Below, in pieces: positions 29,315 to 38,005 of a stretch of 64,000 nucleotides of DNA; position 1 is the first letter of the stretch; every line of letters starts with the position of its first letter. Source of the DNA: Pseudomonas phage HPP-Temi. Made by a program: the position numbers and the translations under genes. The DNA lies in sequence record PP968062.1; one strand, 5' to 3'. The notes beneath the pieces were generated by a model, which was not told the origin of the DNA, did not search any database, and worked only from the letters and a program-made list of their open reading frames with translations.

Positions 29315-29387
29315 GTTTGATTCCTACGCAGGATGGGTTTTGGTTATTACAAAATATCTTGTCAAACAAAGCTGGTATTTTCCGGAT

Positions 29388-29924
29388 TCAGCTTTGCGAC
29401 TCCAGATAATAAGTGAAGAGATTTGTTGCCATTACTTGCTCAAATGGGCAAGCTCTAGTCAGCTCGCTAATCATACTATCAAAGAAAGTATGGTTAGCCT
29501 TGATTGTGAGCCGGTCAGGATCGCTTGAACCAGTGTGCAGACTCTTCTGCACCGCAACCCAAAGATACTCATCTACAGGATAAAGGCTATAAACACTGAT
29601 ATAATCAGAGTCGTTAGCTTTACGTAGTGCCAAGTTAGCAATACGTTCCCCTAAACGATTATGCAATTCTTGCATCTTGAATTGATTTTCGTCTTCGGTG
29701 GTTGCCACTTGGGCGATCCCGACTATCGGACTGTCGGCTTTCTCGATCTGAGTGCCTTGACAGAACCGGAAGGGGAATTCATTGATAGCAGCGTCGATCT
29801 CCGCAAGGTCATTTACCGAGCTTACGGAAGCTATATAGTTGGGGCAGAGTAGCTTAGTAAACTGCACGCCATCAGCTTTGTACTGATCATAGACTGCTTC
29901 GGGGATAACAAGTAACTTGATCAT
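29388..29924 (-). CDS. Hypothetical protein (178 aa)
   Basis: ORF on the minus side of a divergent intergenic region (29925-30061). Confidence 0.5.
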   Translation of the reverse strand: MIKLLVIPEAVYDQYKADGVQFTKLLCPNYIASVSSVNDLAEIDAAINEFPFRFCQGTQIEKADSPIVGIAQVATTEDENQFKMQELHNRLGERIANLALRKANDSDYISVYSLYPVDEYLWVAVQKSLHTGSSDPDRLTIKANHTFFDSMISELTRACPFEQVMATNLFTYYLESQS

Positions 29925-30061
29925 CGGGATATTGACCTATTGTGGGACCAAGGCTATTAAGTGTCTACATAGGAATATATACTTAATTCGGAGACAAATT
30001 ACTTACGATAAAAATGATACACGGTACATCATTTTAAATTTACTAAAAGGATGCGGTTCAA

Positions 30062-31600
30062 ATGTCCTCCCCAAAACAGCTTCTTGTCAGTTGCGTTACC
30101 CTACTTTGCCTGGAACATCGCCCTGATTCTCCAGCTTCTCCTTCTACCGAACTGATAGACAAAATCGTTGGTTCTCTTGAAATTAAAGAAACTACCGTAG
30201 ACCACGATCATGGTCGTCAGACTTTCCTTGAACTGCGTAAGTTGGTTCAAGATCTTAATAAGAAGGTTAAGCACGAATTCCCGAGCATTGCTGAAGTTCT
30301 GCAATCTGTGCAAGTAAGTTGCCGTGAAGAGAACTATCTGTACGAAGCCGTGCTGAATGGTGTTAATGAGAACTTCCCAGATGGGATGGCCATTATGCAT
30401 CGGATTAACTCCTATCGCCGTTCGCTTAATGAATACATCAACGATGAAACTATTAAAGCGATCATGAAGGAGTATTCTGCTAAGCTTCTGTTTAACCGTG
30501 GTGGCGGTAATGATATCGCTGGTATGATCAACGAGATGGGCGCTAAGCTTGATCCTTATGTAAAGGCTCGTGCTGAAAGTCGACATCCCGCTGAAATGGG
30601 TTGCCTTGATTTTGACAACCCTGAAGGTGTAGAAGAATTCTTCGAAGCTGTACAAACTACTTTGTCTGCTGATGGTGCATTCAAATTAGGTTGGAAAGGT
30701 TTCAACCGAGTATTGGGTAGTTTGGGTGCTTTCCGTCGTGGTGAGTTCATTACCACTGCGGCACTGCAACACAACTTTAAGTCTTACCTGGTTATGCTGT
30801 TGTTCGTTCACGTGGCTCTGTTCAACAAGCCGTATATGCGTGACAAGTCTAAGAAGCCTCTGCTTCTGTTTGCAACTCTTGAAAACGAAATCGCTGACAA
30901 CCTTCTGACCATCTACAAATACATCCGTGAAAACGAAACGGGTGAGGAAGTCATTGTTAAGGACATCGACAAGCGTGAAGCAGCTGCTTATGTTTGTGCT
31001 CGTCTGGAAGAGAATGGCTTCAAAGTTAAGATGGTTCGTTTCGACCCAACCGAGTTTACCATTGGTGGTTTCACTAACTACCTTGATGGTCTGCAAAGCC
31101 AAGGTTACGAACTTCAGTTCCTGGTAGTTGATTACCTGAACATGCTGCCTAAAACTGGTCTGGATGCGAAAGTAGCTGGTGACGACATTCGTCTGTTGTT
31201 CCGTCGGATGCGTAACTATACTACTCCTCGTGGTATTACTTTCATTAGTCCTCATCAGCTAGGTTCTGACGCTCTGCAACTTATGCGTGAGAACACTGAA
31301 GACTTTGTTAAGGTAGTAGCGAACAAAGGTTACTACGATGGATGTCGTCGTCTGGGTCAAGAACCTGACCTAGAACTGTTCCACCACATCATCCGCCATA
31401 AGGGCAAAGCGTATCTCGCTATTCAGCGAGGTAAACACCGTAACACTGTAACTGGTGAAGAGGATCAGTATGTCCTGTTGCCATTCAGTAACATCGGTAC
31501 GATCCCATGGGACATTGATAAAGAAGAAGACTACTCGATGAAAGTTGTACCGGGTTCGGTAATCGGTGGTGATCTTGATTCTGACGCTTGGTCCATCTAA
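30062..31600 (+). CDS. DnaB-family helicase-like protein with degenerate Walker A (512 aa)
   Basis: C-terminal RecA-fold motifs of DnaB type: LQFLVVDYLNML (DnaB H2 / Walker B, IDYLQLM-like), DIRLLFRRMRNYTTPRGITFISPHQLGS (H3-like), DLELFHHIIRHKGKAYLAIQRG (H4-like). The expected P-loop position reads GSLGAFRRGEFITTAALQHNFKSY, with no GKT/S. Confidence 0.45.
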   Translation: MSSPKQLLVSCVTLLCLEHRPDSPASPSTELIDKIVGSLEIKETTVDHDHGRQTFLELRKLVQDLNKKVKHEFPSIAEVLQSVQVSCREENYLYEAVLNGVNENFPDGMAIMHRINSYRRSLNEYINDETIKAIMKEYSAKLLFNRGGGNDIAGMINEMGAKLDPYVKARAESRHPAEMGCLDFDNPEGVEEFFEAVQTTLSADGAFKLGWKGFNRVLGSLGAFRRGEFITTAALQHNFKSYLVMLLFVHVALFNKPYMRDKSKKPLLLFATLENEIADNLLTIYKYIRENETGEEVIVKDIDKREAAAYVCARLEENGFKVKMVRFDPTEFTIGGFTNYLDGLQSQGYELQFLVVDYLNMLPKTGLDAKVAGDDIRLLFRRMRNYTTPRGITFISPHQLGSDALQLMRENTEDFVKVVANKGYYDGCRRLGQEPDLELFHHIIRHKGKAYLAIQRGKHRNTVTGEEDQYVLLPFSNIGTIPWDIDKEEDYSMKVVPGSVIGGDLDSDAWSI

Positions 31601-31610
31601 TGACATAAAT

Positions 31611-31630
31611 GCCTTCCCTCCGGGGAAGGC
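31611..31630 (+). terminator. Hairpin GCCTTCCC tccg GGGAAGGC followed by TTTATTCAC, after the DnaB-like gene
   Basis: Perfect 8-bp GC stem 11 nt after the stop; CATAAAT on the left. Confidence 0.6.
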
Positions 31631-31660
31631 TTTATTCACAAATTCACAAGAGTAAATAGC

Positions 31661-32062
31661 ATGAGTTGTATTGACGCACTGATTGATAACCTAAAGGGTT
31701 ACCTTCGTTTCAATCTACAACAACGTCATGGTACTACTGTTCTGGTACATGTGGCATCCCAAAACCTCTATAAAGTAAAATTCGAAGTAGCTAAGCTTTT
31801 CATTAATGCATTAGATGGCATGGAAGTTGACTTCCTTACAATGTCCGCCAATGAGATCATGGAGAAGGGTGAGCGTTATCGAGCATCCCTGTTCTTTAGT
31901 CATCATCTCCATATCGACATTAAGCAGAAAGCTGCCCCATATCCAGATGGTGATTTCCTTGGAGTGGACGTAACCAACTATTCCAAATACTTCTACGATA
32001 CAGACCCGTGTCAAGAAGGTCAGGCTATGTTGGCTAACTATCTCGAAGAACGTAAGACCTAA
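31661..32062 (+). CDS. Hypothetical protein (133 aa)
   Basis: ORF followed by hairpin GCTCCC tacg GGGAGC TTTATGTCGTC at 32069-32095. Confidence 0.5.
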   Translation: MSCIDALIDNLKGYLRFNLQQRHGTTVLVHVASQNLYKVKFEVAKLFINALDGMEVDFLTMSANEIMEKGERYRASLFFSHHLHIDIKQKAAPYPDGDFLGVDVTNYSKYFYDTDPCQEGQAMLANYLEERKT

Positions 32063-32118
32063 CATACTGCTCCCTACGGGGAGCTTTATGTCGTCACAAT
32101 CTTATAACACTAATTAAC

Positions 32119-33135
32119 ATGGAATTCATCATGTTCGGACAAGACGAAAATAATATCTGGTTAGAATACCCTAGTACTGGCTTTGAAGATATCGAAAACG
32201 CGCGTAAAGTCGCTAACAGTTTGGATAGCCTGGCATTTAAGGTACGCAGTGCCCCTGTAGCGTCGCTGGAAGCATTTTGTATTGCTTTTAATGCCATCGT
32301 AGGCGAAGACTTCAAACCCTCTAGAACGGTCTCTTTGGAGGGCTTTAGTGGGGCTCCGTCTCCTATGCATCATCTGGCTACTCGTATTACCCAACATAGT
32401 AACAACATGCACGGAGCAATTAACCTTGCTTTAGAAGATTTCAACAAAGATGCTCTAGCTAAGTTTAAAGAAATCGTTGATGGTTATCGGAAAGCCCGTG
32501 CTCAATTGGATCATGTGAAGACAGATCTTGAGCCTACTGATAGCGTCGTTAAGATCAATCACGAGCGCGTCTGGAAACTGTTTAACAAGAATAACAAATT
32601 CGTTAAACCCGAATCCATTAAAGAAGATGTGATGGATGTTGGTAAGATCGTAGGTACTATCAAAGATGCAGCTGTTAGACTTAGCTCTGGTCGCCCTGTT
32701 CAACTAGATCCCGCTAAGTACGAACTGATGATGAACACTTTCGTTGTGATTAAGGATAACTCCATTACGTTCGAGTCTCCTGAACCTCCGAAACCCAAAG
32801 ACGAATACAGTGCTGGTGACATCGCTTGGATCGTTGGTTGGAGTGTCATGTTTAACGTTGTTGGTCTTATCGGTTCTCTGATTTTCAAGAAGAAGACTGC
32901 TTCTGAAGCTGATCGGAAACGTGGCGTTAATGAAATGCTTGCTTTCATCAATACGATCAAAGGTTTCGATCGGAGTATCACTGAGATTGAAAGTGCAATC
33001 AAAGCACTACAGCAAACTGAAGAGAACAAAGAGATGTCAGCTATGCTGATCAATAGTGCTATCAAGCTTACCAAACATATCACAGACGTCACTTACGGTG
33101 CTGCTGTGTTGTTCACTAAGATTTCTAAGAGTTAA
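32119..33135 (+). CDS. Hypothetical protein with one TM segment (338 aa)
   Basis: Hydrophobic segment IAWIVGWSVMFNVVGLIGSLIF; followed by terminator GGCGAGG tttgg GCCTCGCC at 33145-33164. Confidence 0.5.
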   Translation: MEFIMFGQDENNIWLEYPSTGFEDIENARKVANSLDSLAFKVRSAPVASLEAFCIAFNAIVGEDFKPSRTVSLEGFSGAPSPMHHLATRITQHSNNMHGAINLALEDFNKDALAKFKEIVDGYRKARAQLDHVKTDLEPTDSVVKINHERVWKLFNKNNKFVKPESIKEDVMDVGKIVGTIKDAAVRLSSGRPVQLDPAKYELMMNTFVVIKDNSITFESPEPPKPKDEYSAGDIAWIVGWSVMFNVVGLIGSLIFKKKTASEADRKRGVNEMLAFINTIKGFDRSITEIESAIKALQQTEENKEMSAMLINSAIKLTKHITDVTYGAAVLFTKISKS

Positions 33136-33144
33136 AATATTAAT

Positions 33145-33164
33145 GGCGAGGTTTGGGCCTCGCC
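33145..33164 (+). terminator. Rho-independent terminator (GGCGAGG tttgg GCCTCGCC + TTATTATTT)
   Basis: GC hairpin plus T-rich tail directly after the stop of 32119..33135. Confidence 0.65.
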
Positions 33165-33360
33165 TTATTATTTCGTCATAGACTCTAAAGCAGGAATAAG
33201 GATTAAAGAGGTTTATAATTAGAATAAGGAAATACCTTCGGTATTGTTTATTACTAAATAAAACCCCCCTCCTCCGGAGGTACCTTTTCCTCGCTCTACA
33301 GATTTATTAAACACCCTAGTAAAACTTCTAAATCGATAAAAAAAAAATAAACTAAGTAAA

Positions 33361-33383
33361 GCCCTCTCCACAAGGAAGAGGGC
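33361..33383 (-). terminator. Rho-independent terminator for the minus-strand island (GCCCTCT...AGAGGGC, with a T10 tract on the minus strand)
   Basis: The A-run 33338-33360 becomes the U-tract on the minus strand. Directly downstream of the stop of 33392..33676. Confidence 0.65.
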
Positions 33384-33391
33384 AATTGAGG

Positions 33392-33676
33392 TTAAGCTGC
33401 TCTAGTAAACAAAAGATTACTAGAGTTAGATTTAATATGATAGTTCGATGATCCATCAATCCATTTAGCTTCGGAAAGCTCGTTCACAAGTCTCCCATTG
33501 CCAATGTAACCTAGGAACATCTTACCATCGTATACAGCAACTTTGATTTGCTCATTTCGTCCGTAGACTAGTGGCTTACCATTGAATGCTGTTACCTCTA
33601 GACCTGTTAGATATCCACGGTTGGGATCAGGTCTGGACCTTGTTTCAAAGACTTTCATTAGAAGTCTCCTCTGCAA
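33392..33676 (-). CDS. Hypothetical small protein (94 aa)
   Basis: ORF; hairpin AGCCCTCCTG tgcaa CAGGAGGGCT (33723-33748), then ATATGTCGTC on the gene strand, lies upstream. Confidence 0.45.
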   Translation of the reverse strand: MQRRLLMKVFETRSRPDPNRGYLTGLEVTAFNGKPLVYGRNEQIKVAVYDGKMFLGYIGNGRLVNELSEAKWIDGSSNYHIKSNSSNLLFTRAA

Positions 33677-33930
33677 GAAAGCCCACTTGGGCGAAAAGTC
33701 AAGCTTAAACTTGACGACATATAGCCCTCCTGTGCAACCAGGAGGGCTAATCTTTTCAGAACGTACGGTGTTGTTATAATACTGCTAGCGAAAATGCCCA
33801 CGAGGGGTAAGTAGCTAATCCGCAGTTCTCTTGGACGACACCTACTGACAGTGTAGTCGCGAATGCACTGTTTGGAGCCCCATTGGTTTAGCGGCCAATG
33901 GGGATTTCCTTTTTATGCCGCTTCGGACTT

Positions 33931-34350
33931 CTATTTAATAGGTTTCTTGTACTTCCATTTGTACAGTTGGTGCAGGATGAAACTCAGAACACCTAAAGCC
34001 AGTACACCTGCAATAGCCGTACCGACGATCTCTTGGGGAGTGATTGCATTGAACTCGGTACCGAAAACAACCCGAGTAATGATAATGAGCATCAAACCGA
34101 TCAGAGTGGTGACCCAGAGACGCGGGTGCAAGGAACGACTCAGACGAAGACCTGGAACAGAAACACGTTCCATCCGAGTGGACCAGGTGTGGTTACGGTA
34201 GTACATCATGTCAGTGAAGTAATCACTGTAGATGTGCAGTAGTTCCCCACGCTGATCGCCGGTACCATGAGCCAAGCCATGGTAGTAGTAAATACCACCA
34301 TCTTCTTTGTGGGTGTAAAGTTCAGCGTTGTCTTTGGTATACATCGACAT
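33931..34350 (-). CDS. Membrane protein (139 aa, two C-terminal TM helices)
   Basis: LWVTTLIGLMLIIITRVVFG and IVGTAIAGVLALGVLSFIL hydrophobic helices. Confidence 0.5.
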   Translation of the reverse strand: MSMYTKDNAELYTHKEDGGIYYYHGLAHGTGDQRGELLHIYSDYFTDMMYYRNHTWSTRMERVSVPGLRLSRSLHPRLWVTTLIGLMLIIITRVVFGTEFNAITPQEIVGTAIAGVLALGVLSFILHQLYKWKYKKPIK

Positions 34351-34355
34351 TTTTA

Positions 34356-34622
34356 TTACTCCGGCATTCCAGTGTGCACAAGAGAATTGAAACGAACATC
34401 GAACGTGTCGTACATGTCGGCAGTCAGTTCTTCGAAGACTGGACTATCCATGAAGGATTCAAGTGCACGACGAGCCGCAAGACGCTTATCACCTTCACCA
34501 TTAGCTCCGGGATAAACCGAATTACCCTCACCTGGCTTAGCAAAGCCATCAAAAACATGTGACTCACCTTCACGGTCAGTCACAGTTGCTTTAACGGAAT
34601 AGCCTGCGTAACGGAGTCCCAT
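34356..34622 (-). CDS. Hypothetical small protein (88 aa)
   Basis: ORF in the early island. Confidence 0.4.
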   Translation of the reverse strand: MGLRYAGYSVKATVTDREGESHVFDGFAKPGEGNSVYPGANGEGDKRLAARRALESFMDSPVFEELTADMYDTFDVRFNSLVHTGMPE

Positions 34623-34864
34623 TAGTCATCCCATCCTTTTACTTCGTACCATAGACAGGCACGATTGTATTCAACAATGTAACCGTCTTTACGGAGAATT
34701 TCCGCTTGACGATCATTCATCTTCCCTTCAACAGGCGTGTTCTCGTTGCTGTAATCGAAGTTTACCTCTGAGTCGCCAGCGAGCGCCCGTTGCTTAATTT
34801 TAGCATGGATAGATTCCATACCGGCTTCTTTATAAAGAAGTTCACGCAGTTCTTGTAATGTCAT
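34622..34864 (-). CDS. Hypothetical small protein (about 80 aa from MTLQELREL...); translationally coupled (ATGA overlap) to the upstream gene
   Basis: Internal Met at 34864 overlaps the stop TGA of ORF 34861..35070, so the ORF-track start at 34981 is probably too long. Confidence 0.4.
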   Translation of the reverse strand: MTLQELRELLYKEAGMESIHAKIKQRALAGDSEVNFDYSNENTPVEGKMNDRQAEILRKDGYIVEYNRACLWYEVKGWDD

Positions 34865-35070
34865 GTAACTACCCCTACAATAAAGACTCGACTGATTTCG
34901 TTGAGATAAGCGAGTACTAGAAGAATACCTGACCAGATAGCGATATTCATTGTAGTACGCTTTTCTTCCAATCCAGGACAAGTGGAATTAACTATTCGAT
35001 GACAGAAAGCACCGAATAGACCAAGTCCCATCGCGACAAAGATGATGGTAAACCAACCAAGATAGATCAT
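34861..35070 (-). CDS. Small membrane protein (69 aa)
   Basis: Hydrophobic throughout (IIFVAMGLGLFGAFCHRIV...ILLVLAYL). Confidence 0.4.
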   Translation of the reverse strand: MIYLGWFTIIFVAMGLGLFGAFCHRIVNSTCPGLEEKRTTMNIAIWSGILLVLAYLNEISRVFIVGVVT

Positions 35071-35621
35071 TGCTGTTGTACCGGTGTCAGTTGTTTGAGA
35101 GCATTGATGATACGGTGAACAGTATCACGTGCCAGTTCTCGGGTATGGAAGTTATTGGATATTTGGTAACGCAGTTCGACTTCCCCAGTTTCAGAGTTAC
35201 GGTCGAAATCTTTTACGATGTATTCACTATCCAGAATAGCTTCCACCATTTCTTTGTTGAGGTCGAACTCAGCGATAGTTGGTGAAACCAAACGACCCTG
35301 GAGATTTCTGATTACCTCATTGCGGAATGCAATGGCGCCTTCGGCAATCTCCAGTCGCTCTTCGATGGCGATAAACGGATTCTTCCAGAGTTCGGTTTCC
35401 ATGGTAGGACGAACAGAGGCTTTCTCCCATGCAATGCACCAGTAGTACCAACGTTCTTGGATTTCTTCGTTGGCTTTATCGAATGCAGCTATCGCGTTTT
35501 TATTACGATGGCAATCCAGAGGACGAGTATCCTTCGGAAGCCAGGTGTCAGTCTTCTCGTGGTAAACGAAACGATCAACACCGGGAGTTACGGCTTGGAA
35601 TTCCTTCAATTTTTTATCCAT
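35067..35621 (-). CDS. Hypothetical protein (184 aa)
   Basis: ORF overlapping the downstream gene by 4 nt. Confidence 0.5.
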   Translation of the reverse strand: MDKKLKEFQAVTPGVDRFVYHEKTDTWLPKDTRPLDCHRNKNAIAAFDKANEEIQERWYYWCIAWEKASVRPTMETELWKNPFIAIEERLEIAEGAIAFRNEVIRNLQGRLVSPTIAEFDLNKEMVEAILDSEYIVKDFDRNSETGEVELRYQISNNFHTRELARDTVHRIINALKQLTPVQQQ

Positions 35622-35750
35622 GTGAAATAATACCTATTGGTTGATAGTATGTAAGAAGATTACGCGTTATTTCTTATTCCTACTGCTGGGTGTTTGCCCG
35701 AAACGCGCAATGCTTGAGACGAACTCTTGGGCGAAAAGAGATGGTATTTA

Positions 35751-35783
35751 GCCCCTACCTTCGGGTAGGGGCTTTATGCCGTT
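35751..35783. terminator. Hairpin GCCCCTACC ttcg GGTAGGGGC followed by TTTATGCCGTT
   Basis: Perfect 9-bp stem; member of the conserved element family. Confidence 0.55.
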
Positions 35784-36066
35784 AACCGACAATAAGACCC
35801 TCAAGCATTAGGGTTTCGGTGTCGGACGCAGGTTGAGTCAGACGAGTTACACGAATGTAGTTCGTCCAGTCACTCCTGTCATAACAACAGCTGCAACCAC
35901 GGACCTTGATGTTGACAGCTTCGATTTCGAAATCATCGAGCTTGATTTCTTTACCGAAGTGATCGACCATGCGTTGGAACAACTTACCGAAGGAGAACGT
36001 TTCGTACTCGCAATCGATGTGGAGGACATCGACAGTGTCCACCGGGGGATTGTAACTACTGCTCAT
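35782..36066 (-). CDS. Hypothetical small protein (about 94 aa from MSSSYNPP...; longer ORF-track start at 36108 overlaps the neighbour)
   Basis: Cys-rich (CEYETF...GCSCCYDRSDW). Start chosen to limit overlap. Confidence 0.4.
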   Translation of the reverse strand: MSSSYNPPVDTVDVLHIDCEYETFSFGKLFQRMVDHFGKEIKLDDFEIEAVNIKVRGCSCCYDRSDWTNYIRVTRLTQPASDTETLMLEGLIVG

Positions 36067-36394
36067 TAGCCATCTCCTTACGTTTGTTTTTGGCCCAGTT
36101 CTTTTCATACTTCGAACTGATGAATTTCGCAGCGCCTGCGTTCAGCCAGTAGCGTTCGCCTTTGAGATAGCGTTCACGTTTGGCACGGGTCAGGCGAAGA
36201 GGGTCGAACATGTCCTGCTGGTCACACATGTATCGATTCCGCAGGAAGCAGTTGTCGTTCAGAATGCGAACGCTGTACAACTGACCGAGTCGGCAATTCG
36301 CAAGAATTGCTTTCTCAGTACGCAGACGACGTTCGTATTCCTGGGCATCTGCTTTACGAGAACGAGGATGCTTTCTTCCGAGTTTCTGAGACAT
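36056..36394 (-). CDS. Highly basic small protein (112 aa), possible nucleic-acid binding
   Basis: K/R-rich (RKHPRSRK...KRERYLKGERYW...KNKRKE). Confidence 0.4.
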   Translation of the reverse strand: MSQKLGRKHPRSRKADAQEYERRLRTEKAILANCRLGQLYSVRILNDNCFLRNRYMCDQQDMFDPLRLTRAKRERYLKGERYWLNAGAAKFISSKYEKNWAKNKRKEMANEQ

Positions 36395-36405
36395 TGTGGT
36401 TTTTC

Positions 36406-36711
36406 CTATTCCGTTGGTTTACGAAAAATCTTATCATGGAAAGTCATCGCTAACACGACACCTACGGAGCCACCTAGTCCACTGGATATAATAGCGGGAA
36501 GACCCACTATTACAAATAGACCAATGGTGGTTAGCTCAAGGGTACTGATACCCCACGAGGTGAAGAAAGCTGCTTTTTTGTATCCATGAAAGATGTTTCT
36601 TTGTTGAAAGGTTTTTACAAAGGCGTAGATGAACGACGTGGCCGTACTTAACAGTAGTAATACCCAGACAGGTAGATCATGATTAATGTTAATCACTTCT
36701 CTTGTTCCCAC
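36406..36711 (-). CDS. Integral membrane protein (101 aa, about 3 TM)
   Basis: WVLLLLSTATSFIYAFV, TIGLFVIVGLPAIISSGLGGSVGVVLA hydrophobic segments. Confidence 0.45.
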   Translation of the reverse strand: MGTREVININHDLPVWVLLLLSTATSFIYAFVKTFQQRNIFHGYKKAAFFTSWGISTLELTTIGLFVIVGLPAIISSGLGGSVGVVLAMTFHDKIFRKPTE

Positions 36712-37721
36712 TTGGTAGGTTCACGTTTACTACGTTGGACTTTATGGATACCTTCCAATTGGTAACCACGGCCAGTTGCTTTGTAGCTGTGTTCCTGATC
36801 CACACGTGCATGGAAAGCCAGGAGGGCTTCGATCGGAGCTTCCACCGGGAAGTACTCGGTGTTGTTGCAGTCCCAACCGAATTCCCACACACCTTCGCGA
36901 ACTTCGTAGCTGTTATCGGTGAGGTAGGTGATGTTGATCGTGTGTGTAGTAGCATTGGCACCGTTGAAGAAAAACGAACCTTCGGTAGCACGAACATCAA
37001 TGCGACCATCATCGATGGTATCCTGATAGTAGAAGCCACGCTTGAAGAAGAACTGAAGCATTGCATTGAAGTAACTGTTCAATACAGCCACTGCGTTAGC
37101 ATCTTCGACTACCCATTTACCATCAACAATCTTGTTCAGATAGTCGCGGTCATGTTGGATACCGAAGTCATTCACGATATCGGCATACAGCTTGTGGTGT
37201 TGAGCAACTTCATACAGACGCTCCAGGGTAGCCCAACGGAGCACACCAGTGGGATGGAGACCCAGCATGATGCGACCGATGTTCCACATGCCAGCACCGT
37301 TGGCTTTGTAGCTCTCGTCCAGGTAGCCTTTGACTTGGGCACCGGGAGAGAGTTCGTCAGCCGGGAAACCAGATGCAGTACGAATGCGGATAACGTTCAG
37401 TACCGCTTCGGGTTCTTTCATGTCCAGCAGGTCAACGCCGAAGGTAGTCCAGCTACCACGGATCTTGTGCTGATACGCAACGCGAACGGTCCCACCGAAC
37501 GGAGTAACGAACCAACGGGCGTCTTCATTGATGACCATGTGGACACCACAGTTCCACAGCGCAGCCAGAGGATCAGTGGATGCCAGGATACGCTTGGTAT
37601 CGTTCTCTTCGCTTTCGGTAGCTTCAGGGCTGGCGCGGAGATGAGTCAAGAGGAACAGGATGGCGGAGTCGTTGGTTTGGGTATTGAGCATTGCACGAGT
37701 CAGGGATGCATTGATGATCAT
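36693..37721 (-). CDS. Hypothetical protein (342 aa), largest gene of the early island; possible enzyme
   Basis: Globular composition. Weak resemblances only (WNCGVHMV, EVREGVWEFGWD), not assignable. Confidence 0.5.
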   Translation of the reverse strand: MIINASLTRAMLNTQTNDSAILFLLTHLRASPEATESEENDTKRILASTDPLAALWNCGVHMVINEDARWFVTPFGGTVRVAYQHKIRGSWTTFGVDLLDMKEPEAVLNVIRIRTASGFPADELSPGAQVKGYLDESYKANGAGMWNIGRIMLGLHPTGVLRWATLERLYEVAQHHKLYADIVNDFGIQHDRDYLNKIVDGKWVVEDANAVAVLNSYFNAMLQFFFKRGFYYQDTIDDGRIDVRATEGSFFFNGANATTHTINITYLTDNSYEVREGVWEFGWDCNNTEYFPVEAPIEALLAFHARVDQEHSYKATGRGYQLEGIHKVQRSKREPTKWEQEK

Positions 37722-37736
37722 TTCGTAATTTCCTTT

Positions 37737-37937
37737 TTACAGAGTGTTGAGGGTGATGAAGGTATACTGTCCCAGGGCGAAAGCACCGAAGAGGCAGAAT
37801 CCGAATTGGGCTATATCCCGACCACCATTTTTCTCATTGGAACTGAGATAGGTGAGGACCCCGCAGCAGAAGCAGAGGATACCAAGGATGACGAACAGGG
37901 CATAATGGAAAATTCCTACAGTTTCACACATTTTCAA
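37737..37937 (-). CDS. Small membrane protein (66 aa, 2 TM)
   Basis: GIFHYALFVILGILCFCCGVLTYL and FGFCLFGAFALGQYTFI. Confidence 0.45.
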   Translation of the reverse strand: MKMCETVGIFHYALFVILGILCFCCGVLTYLSSNEKNGGRDIAQFGFCLFGAFALGQYTFITLNTL

Positions 37938-37982
37938 TTTCCTTTTTGCGTTATAAAAGAGACACGGTATAAAAATAAAAAA

Positions 37983-38000
37983 GGGGACCCGAAGGTCCCC
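37983..38000 (-). terminator. Rho-independent terminator (GGGGACC cgaa GGTCCCC, followed by TTTTTTATTTTTAT on the minus strand)
   Basis: Perfect stem plus U-tract immediately after the stop of 38006..38638. Confidence 0.7.
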
Positions 38001-38005
38001 TGGTG

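Noticed and set aside
27194-29320. 708-aa plus-strand ORF opposite the capsid gene
   Set aside because: Antisense to the 741-aa putative major capsid ORF. Val/Gln/Phe-rich translation with no motifs. The minus-strand frame has the terminator and neighbour context.
29315-29387. TTGACA...TAATAA sigma70-like promoter upstream of the capsid gene
   Set aside because: Spacing between the -35-like and -10-like hexamers is not canonical (about 11-13 nt), and phiKZ-like phages are reported not to rely on host RNAP. Probably coincidental in AT-rich intergenic DNA.
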